The notes beneath the pieces were generated by a model that saw nothing but the letters and a program-made list of their open reading frames with translations, did not search any database and was not told the origin of the DNA. A stretch of DNA of 43,462 nucleotides from Macrostomum lignano (Eukaryota): the NCBI GenBank assembly GCA_002269645.1, contig NIVC01002270.1, positions 1-43,462 of the forward strand. The letters run 5' to 3'. Below are positions 37,001 to 43,462 of the stretch, piece after piece (the stretch's first letter is position 1; each line of letters opens with the position of its first letter). The translations under genes and the position numbers were made by a program.

Positions 37001-39473
37001 TTATTGATTGATTGTTTAAAACAAGCCTCTAGTGGTTAGTGTTAAAAGTGAGAAAAAGCCTATGGGTGGATTATGAACCCTCCTTTTATGGAAAGTTGGG
37101 CCTTGTGCATTGCATAGTGTACACTATACAAGATAGAAGGTAAAGAGAATGAGAATGATAGGCTAGCCAATAGCAATAGCATGTGATTCTCTCTAGTCCA
37201 CTATGGTGTAGGGAAAAGAGGGGTGTCAGATGGCCCAACTCTAAACCCCATATCCAATATAGTGTGCATCCAAAATAAGAAGGGATTGGGTCCAGATAAG
37301 TCTTCCCAATGGATATGTATAAATAAAGACAAACATTGATAAGAAAAATGGCTCTAAACCATAATGGATTATTACACTGTGTCTATTTTTATTAACTAGT
37401 TGACTTGTCTTTACACTTCAGCAAGGTCAAAGTTAACTACTTTTACTTGTATTTGTATTATAGAACTTATGTTTTTAGTTTCCTTTCTTATAAATCATTT
37501 GACATTAGATACATTTTATAACTCTTGTCCTACTTTATCTACTAGGCTAACTTTATGTATGACACAACACAAAATATTAGGAGCATCAATGTTAATAATG
37601 CCTAGGAACTTAGAAGTCTTTAAATAATCAATACAATTATAAATTTATTATTAAATTCCAATCCCAAAGCTCACTAGGACAAAAAGACTGTCTTCATTAA
37701 TAATACTAGTATTCTAGTAATAATGACAATGTCAATTTAACATCAGTACACAAGACTAAAAATGAACAACTACACAATCTTAGCCATAGGGATAAGCTGA
37801 AAATTATTGACACAGATCTGTATAGATAAAATTGGAATTATTGACATGGCCTATAGACTTGAATGGTAGTAGCTATTTCAATAAGCTGTCATAGGGATAA
37901 GCTAGAAATTATCGTCATAGATTTGTATAGATAAAATTGGAATGATTAGCATAGGACCATAGGGATAAACACTTCCTATTGTTTTTGCCTAAGCTAAGAT
38001 GACATATTATTATATAAAAAAAGAAATAACATTGCAAACAAATAGACATTACAAAAATTTTACTTTGTTTAAAAAGCCTAAAAAATATTTAGAAATGATA
38101 TATAATTATAACATAGGATAGGCCCTAGCCATTGGGGCAAATCTAAGGGGCAAGAGAGCATGGCCCTCACTTATCCATAGGGCCTAGCAAAAAAAAATTA
38201 GACCATAATTTATTGGCCTGCAACTATGCCAGGTCTCCTTTTCAATATTTGGTTGTAGTGCTTAATATAGCTTGCTTACCCCCTCAAAAATTTTCTAAAT
38301 CTGGGCCTGATGAGTGGATGATATATGATGTGTTGATGTTAGGATTATATAATTTTGCATGCCATAACTTAAGCTTCATACAAAAAACCTTTGGGTAGAA
38401 AAGTCAATCCCCAGATCGCAGTATTTCTAGGATCCCAGTCAGATTCCCAGAGCCCTGGAGTCCTGTGATGCCAGGATTTTAAGCAAATTCCAGGATTGGA
38501 ATGATTGACTTCCATCAATTCCCTACTGTTTATCGCCTACTTAGGTTTATGGGTGAATTGAATAGTGAATAAAGAATAATCTTTAAAGCCGTTAAGGTCT
38601 ATCACAAATGCAACTGTAATAAGGTTTAGTAATTTGCGGCCATACGTCATTACGCCAGTGCCAGTCGCCAGCGAATTATGCAAAATGTAATGCAAAAATT
38701 ATTATTCTAATAATATATGATTCAAAGTAATGGTGGTGTGGTACAGTTTAAGGGGTTATAAAAACATGATAAAAATGTTATAAATACTCAAAAATTGCCT
38801 AGAAGGAACGGTGCATCCCTCATCACTTTGCAGAAACATGCACACAAGTTCTAATACGACTAAATTAAATTAATCAGTCTGACAAAGAAAACTTGAAATT
38901 GTTAAATCGGAAGCAATTAGTAACAGTAGAAAATGCAACAAGTAAAATACTTTTTAAATAAACTGTTATAAAAAAATATAATTACAAAGTTTTGTCGTTA
39001 GTTAAAAATTAACAAGTTATGATATAAATTTTGCTAAAGTTTAAAAAAATTTAACAATACAGTTATTACTACTTACTTTCTTTGAAAACCGTCAAATCGA
39101 AAAAATATGGTCTTTAAACCCGTGGGTGAAATATACTTTAAATATTCTATTTCAGTTTGCTTCACAATCGGTTGCGGAATTTTTTCTATTCATTGAGCAC
39201 ATACTGAAATAATGTACTTTTAGAAATATGTATTAAGTTTTTTGTCACTCGATTAAGTTAGACTCTTTAATTAATAAGGACAAAATAAAAGAACAAACAG
39301 TGAGTAATTTTTATCTCTTGTAATTTAAGTTTAATGGAGTTTTAAATAACTTTTAAACAGTTCTCATACTGTGTCTAACAAAAATATAATAATGTTTTAA
39401 AATATGTTATAATAAAATGTCTTACAAAAATAAATTTATTTATTTCATATTTGTCTAAAAAGTATTATACTTA

Positions 39474-40231
39474 TAGTAATATAGCATTTTGCAGCCCATG
39501 GCATTTGGGCTTACTTACGCGCATTTAGCTTAATCCAAGATATGTTTGCCAATGTAACAGAGCTTTTGTCTATGGTAGCAAGGCTGGTGCAGCGGCATTT
39601 GATTTGGTCCAACAAGCATCCATTTGGTCTAAACACTCATGAGCCATTGGACAAACTCTTGCCTTCTCTTAACCATCTGGCATCTGCAGGTTGTTGTGCA
39701 TTGCTGAAATGTCAGCGTCTCTACCAAAAGTTTTCAGTTGCTTTTCCAGAGCTCTGCTGATAGTCGAAATCTGATAACCAACTGGAACTGTTCTTTCAAC
39801 TTATACTGCATTTTCTGCAACATCAAAAAAGGATTCATCTCAACTGCATTGAGTAGCAGTTGGACCTAAGGCTCTCAAGTGACTTGCAATCTCTGCCATC
39901 AGAGTTTTAACATGCTGCTGGATGCTGAAAACCACCTTTTCTTTTATATTCAATAACCTTGCAATGTCTTTTGGGTGTTCACCTCCATCAAGTGCTTCGA
40001 TCACAAGCCAATGACATTCGTTCAACAGCCTAGCATAGGCCTATGGTCCACAATTCTGGACTGAGCTGCAAATGAACTAAATGGACCAAATGGATGCTTG
40101 TTGGACCAAATTAAATGCTGCTATGCCAGCCTTGCTACCATAGACAAAAGCTCTATTACATTGGCAAACATATCTTAGATTAAATTTGATGTGCATAAGC
40201 CCAAATGGGCTGCAAAAAGCTATGTTACATA
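39474..40231 (-). mobile_element. Internally deleted, decayed Tc1/mariner (IS630-like) element with ~155-bp TIRs
   Basis: 39476-39629 is inverted relative to 40084-40229, with TA at both outer ends. Minus-strand fragments across frameshifts: LVIEALDGGEHPKDIARLLNIKEKVVFSI (HTH-like), LLNAVEMNPFLMLQKMQYKLKEQF, ISTISRALEK, RQEFVQWL. No DDE domain. Confidence 0.65.
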
Positions 40232-40532
40232 TTACATTTTACATTTATATAATTAATATAGATTAATTTATATAATTAATATTACATTTGTGTTACATGG
40301 AATACATAGGTGACCTAATGACCATCTGCTAGAAAAATTCTCATGTGCACATTATAATCAATAAAGTATTTGGTATTGAGAATTTTTGTATATAAAATAT
40401 AAATTTGTGTTTGTAATTTTTGAATTTGAAAATTGTATTAATATAAATAAAAGGCAAAATTTTAGGTATAGAGCCCATCTTAGTTATGCCAAAATAGGAA
40501 ATGTGACTTTGTCATATAGCCATAGGCCTATA

Positions 40533-40827
40533 CATACATGCGCAACAGTCGGCCGAGTCGGCCGATCCAGCCGACCGATTTGGCGGCCAACCAAGGAAGT
40601 CGCAAAAATGCCCACCCAAAAAAATTCCGAAGTAGTACTAAGTAGCTGACGAGGCATTTTGGCTTAATAAGACAGTCATAGTTACTTCTGCCGTTTACCC
40701 AAAGTTGCGTTAAATTTGCTTTACGGTTTTTTCACATGTAAGTCGCATTTTTGGCCAAAAACTATGTCGCATTTTGTTAAAAACTAAGTCGCACGGCCGA
40801 CCGAATTTTGGAGGTTGCGCATGTATG
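40533..40827. mobile_element. Young hAT-type MITE (295 bp)
   Basis: Perfect 14-bp TIR CATACATGCGCAAC...GTTGCGCATGTATG and perfect 8-bp TSD GGCCTATA (40525-40532, 40828-40835); CpG-rich interior. Confidence 0.9.
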
Positions 40828-41109
40828 GGCCTATATCAAAATTTAAAAATTTTTACATTTTTATATTTTTATATTGTAACAATCAAAATCAAGCCTGACC
40901 TTTTTACATTAATACATTTGATATTTATATCTACATTATAACAAAATAAGTGCTGCATTTTTTTTCTCTTTTGGCTTTACAACAACTTATAATTTCACTA
41001 AATTATGATATCTAAATTCTTTAATATAGTATTATCACATTCAATAATATTTTTTTGTTTTTATTTCTATTATCTTTTTACTACTATCTTTTTGGTGTAA
41101 GACCATTAG

Positions 41110-41734
41110 ACCAAGATGGCCACACACCAAGATAGCCACAACATTGAATATCTTTCATTAATCTTTTTATCATTAATTAATAACATAATAGCTATTGTTA
41201 TATTAATTATTATGTTTAATCAATCATATTCATAAATACTAATGCAATAATAGATTTGAAACTAATTACCTATAATACAAAAACTTTAATCTTTTTCAAT
41301 GTTTATGCCAATTTATTCTCTATTATTACATCTATCAAATCTATCCCTATCTATTTATTAAGAAACCATTGCTACTAGTAGTAATGCTATACAAGAATAA
41401 AGATAAATATGATAATAAAGATAAATAGAGATAATAAAGATAAATATGCAACAAGGCAAGGTATTTATTTTGTGCTAGGCCCTAGGCTACTTGCTTGATG
41501 TAGTGAATAAATATCTATAGGTCAAGCTAAAATAAGAGCTAAAGCTAAAGGAATGACTATATAATATAAGGGCCTAATATAATACAATTCCAATATAGCA
41601 TCTTTTAAAATAAAATAAGTGAAATAAGTGAATGAGTGAATATATTTTTATAAGTGAAATATATAGACCTAGGCTTATTATAATCTATTTAGACACTTAG
41701 AGCTATGGCCATCTTGGTGTGTGGCCATCTTGGT
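41110..41734. mobile_element. Decayed MITE-like element bounded by 29-bp inverted repeats
   Basis: ACCAAGATGGCCACACACCAAGATAGCCA (41110-41138) is inverted at 41706-41734 with one G/A difference; CpG-free interior; true ends and TSD unclear. Confidence 0.55.
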
Positions 41735-42801
41735 TATGTACCATCTTTTTATCAAAATGTTCTGACTTTTGTTTGTTACAAAAAGGAAGATGCACCAATT
41801 TTAAAATAGCTCTTGTTTTTTGTAAATCTTTAAATTGAGGCTTATATATTTATATGTTGTATAAAATATAATATATTAATTTATATAATTAAGAATTAGG
41901 GAATATTTGATTATATATAAAATTACTATAAATAATTTATTAGGCAAAAAATTAATAGATATAACACATTGAGAACCATATTAAAGAGCATATTTATGCT
42001 AGGATTTTTTTTAAATATAAGCTGTTGGGAAATGGCATAATTTGATGTATATATATGCATCATTCTATTTGCTATGCCATAATCAAAATAGCTAGTATAA
42101 ATTAAGATACATATCAAGCCTATTAAAGTCTATATCAATATGAAATCTATATTCATTATAGATGATCAAAGACCATAATACCGATATTAGAACATTAATC
42201 AAGAAAGAAAAAATTGTGCTAAGTACCTAGACTGTATGCTAAGTAAAGTATATATATATTTATAGATTTTTTAATGCTTATATACTCTATATATAATCAA
42301 TGTATTCTATGATATTATAGTTTTTTATTCTAGTGTATATGTAGCATGATCTAGAGTACAACCAACAAGCATATAAAGTTGGAAGTAATAAAAAATTCTA
42401 TTATATTTAACAATGGCTTAATACTATAAATTAGATTTATTGAATATAGCCTAATATTCAATTAATCCTTAATAGGTTACTCTTCTAGCCATTAGCAAAG
42501 ACAAACTTGAAACAATGCTACTTAAGTAAATTAATTATTGTTATTAAACTCAGCTTTCTTTCATTAATAATAATGGTCAAATTCTAGTGTGAATAACTAG
42601 GAGAAAAAAAGTGGCCATGATTTTTTGGCAGAAATAGAAAAATAGCAAAATAAAATATGTTGACTTTTTGCCAAAGTATAGGCCTGTTTTCTCTAACTCC
42701 ATTTGGGTCTTTACCTCCTAGAATCTACACACTTCTTTAGCAAGTTTCTAGTTGTGCCACTGACTAATTTTATGTTCTTTTTAAATTCCAAGAAGATAAT
42801 C

Positions 42802-42805
42802 TATC

Positions 42806-42844
<39 letters not shown>

Positions 42845-42851
42845 GCCTGCC

Positions 42852-42908
<57 letters not shown>

Positions 42909-42921
42909 GTCTGTCTGTCTC

Positions 42922-42964
<43 letters not shown>

Positions 42965-42967
42965 GCC

Positions 42968-43032
<65 letters not shown>

Positions 43033-43223
43033 GCCTGTCTGTCTGTCTGCCTGCCTGTCTGTCTGTCTGTCTCTCTGTCTGTCTGTCTCTCTGTCTGTCT
43101 GTCTGTCTGTCTGTCTGCCTGTCTGTCTGTCTGTCTGTCTGCCTGTCTGTCTGTCTGTCTGTCTGTCTGCCTGTCTGTCTGTCTGTCTGTCTGTCTGCCT
43201 GTCTGTCTCTGTCTGTCTGTCTC

Positions 43224-43285
<62 letters not shown>

Positions 43286-43294
43286 CTGCCTGCC

Positions 43295-43333
<39 letters not shown>
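42802..43333. repeat. (TCTG)n microsatellite
   Basis: Direct reading; explains the LSVC ORF. Confidence 0.97.
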
Positions 43334-43336
<3 letters not shown>

Positions 43337-43414
43337 AATTAATTTATCAAGCACTGATGCGAATCTAAAACTCGAATTGATAAAGTCCCACTCCACCCCG
43401 CCATCCGCGCCCAG

Positions 43415-43462
43415 CGGCAGACCCGGACAGAGCCTACGTGTCGTCGGTGATCTCGTCAATCC
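43415..43462 (+). CDS. Possible start of an exon of a gene extending beyond the window
   Basis: Pyrimidine tract and CAG at 43412-43414, then GC-rich open sequence (xADPDRAYVSSVISSI). Too short to identify. Confidence 0.25.

Larger units (their letters stand above)
34620..42800. other. AT-rich, CpG-depleted block of decayed repeats
   Basis: 2 CG dinucleotides in 34621-38400 and 1 in 40836-42800 by manual scan; contains several decayed inverted-repeat elements. Confidence 0.85.

Overview
Eukaryotic (animal) genomic DNA with spliceosomal GT-AG introns and a very high micro/minisatellite content. The style resembles a repeat-rich invertebrate, possibly a flatworm, but the species cannot be fixed from the window. 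Three multi-exon genes can be reconstructed. (1) A TP53I11/PIG11 homolog on + (1329-3266, 5 exons). (2) A Vsx/Chx10/ceh-10 homeobox gene on + (11306-17775, 4 exons; eh1 motif, Q50 homeodomain, CVC domain). (3) An unnamed two-Ig-domain type I membrane protein on - (34022-31306, with a possible extra terminal exon at 30752-30705). The window begins inside an LTR retrotransposon on - (gag start and a tRNA-Lys(UUU) PBS). It also contains a tRNA-derived SINE nested in a foldback element, a deleted Tc1/mariner-type element and a young hAT MITE. Five apparent 1-bp deletions (TP53I11, Vsx, gag twice, PBS) are each compatible with a shortened base run and look like assembly errors. The most unusual feature is an ~8 kb block (about 34620-42800) almost free of CpG, in which one element's inverted repeats differ almost only by C>T/G>A transitions, including at CpA/TpG. 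This resembles repeat-directed (RIP-like) hypermutation. All counts were made by eye; no database searches were run.
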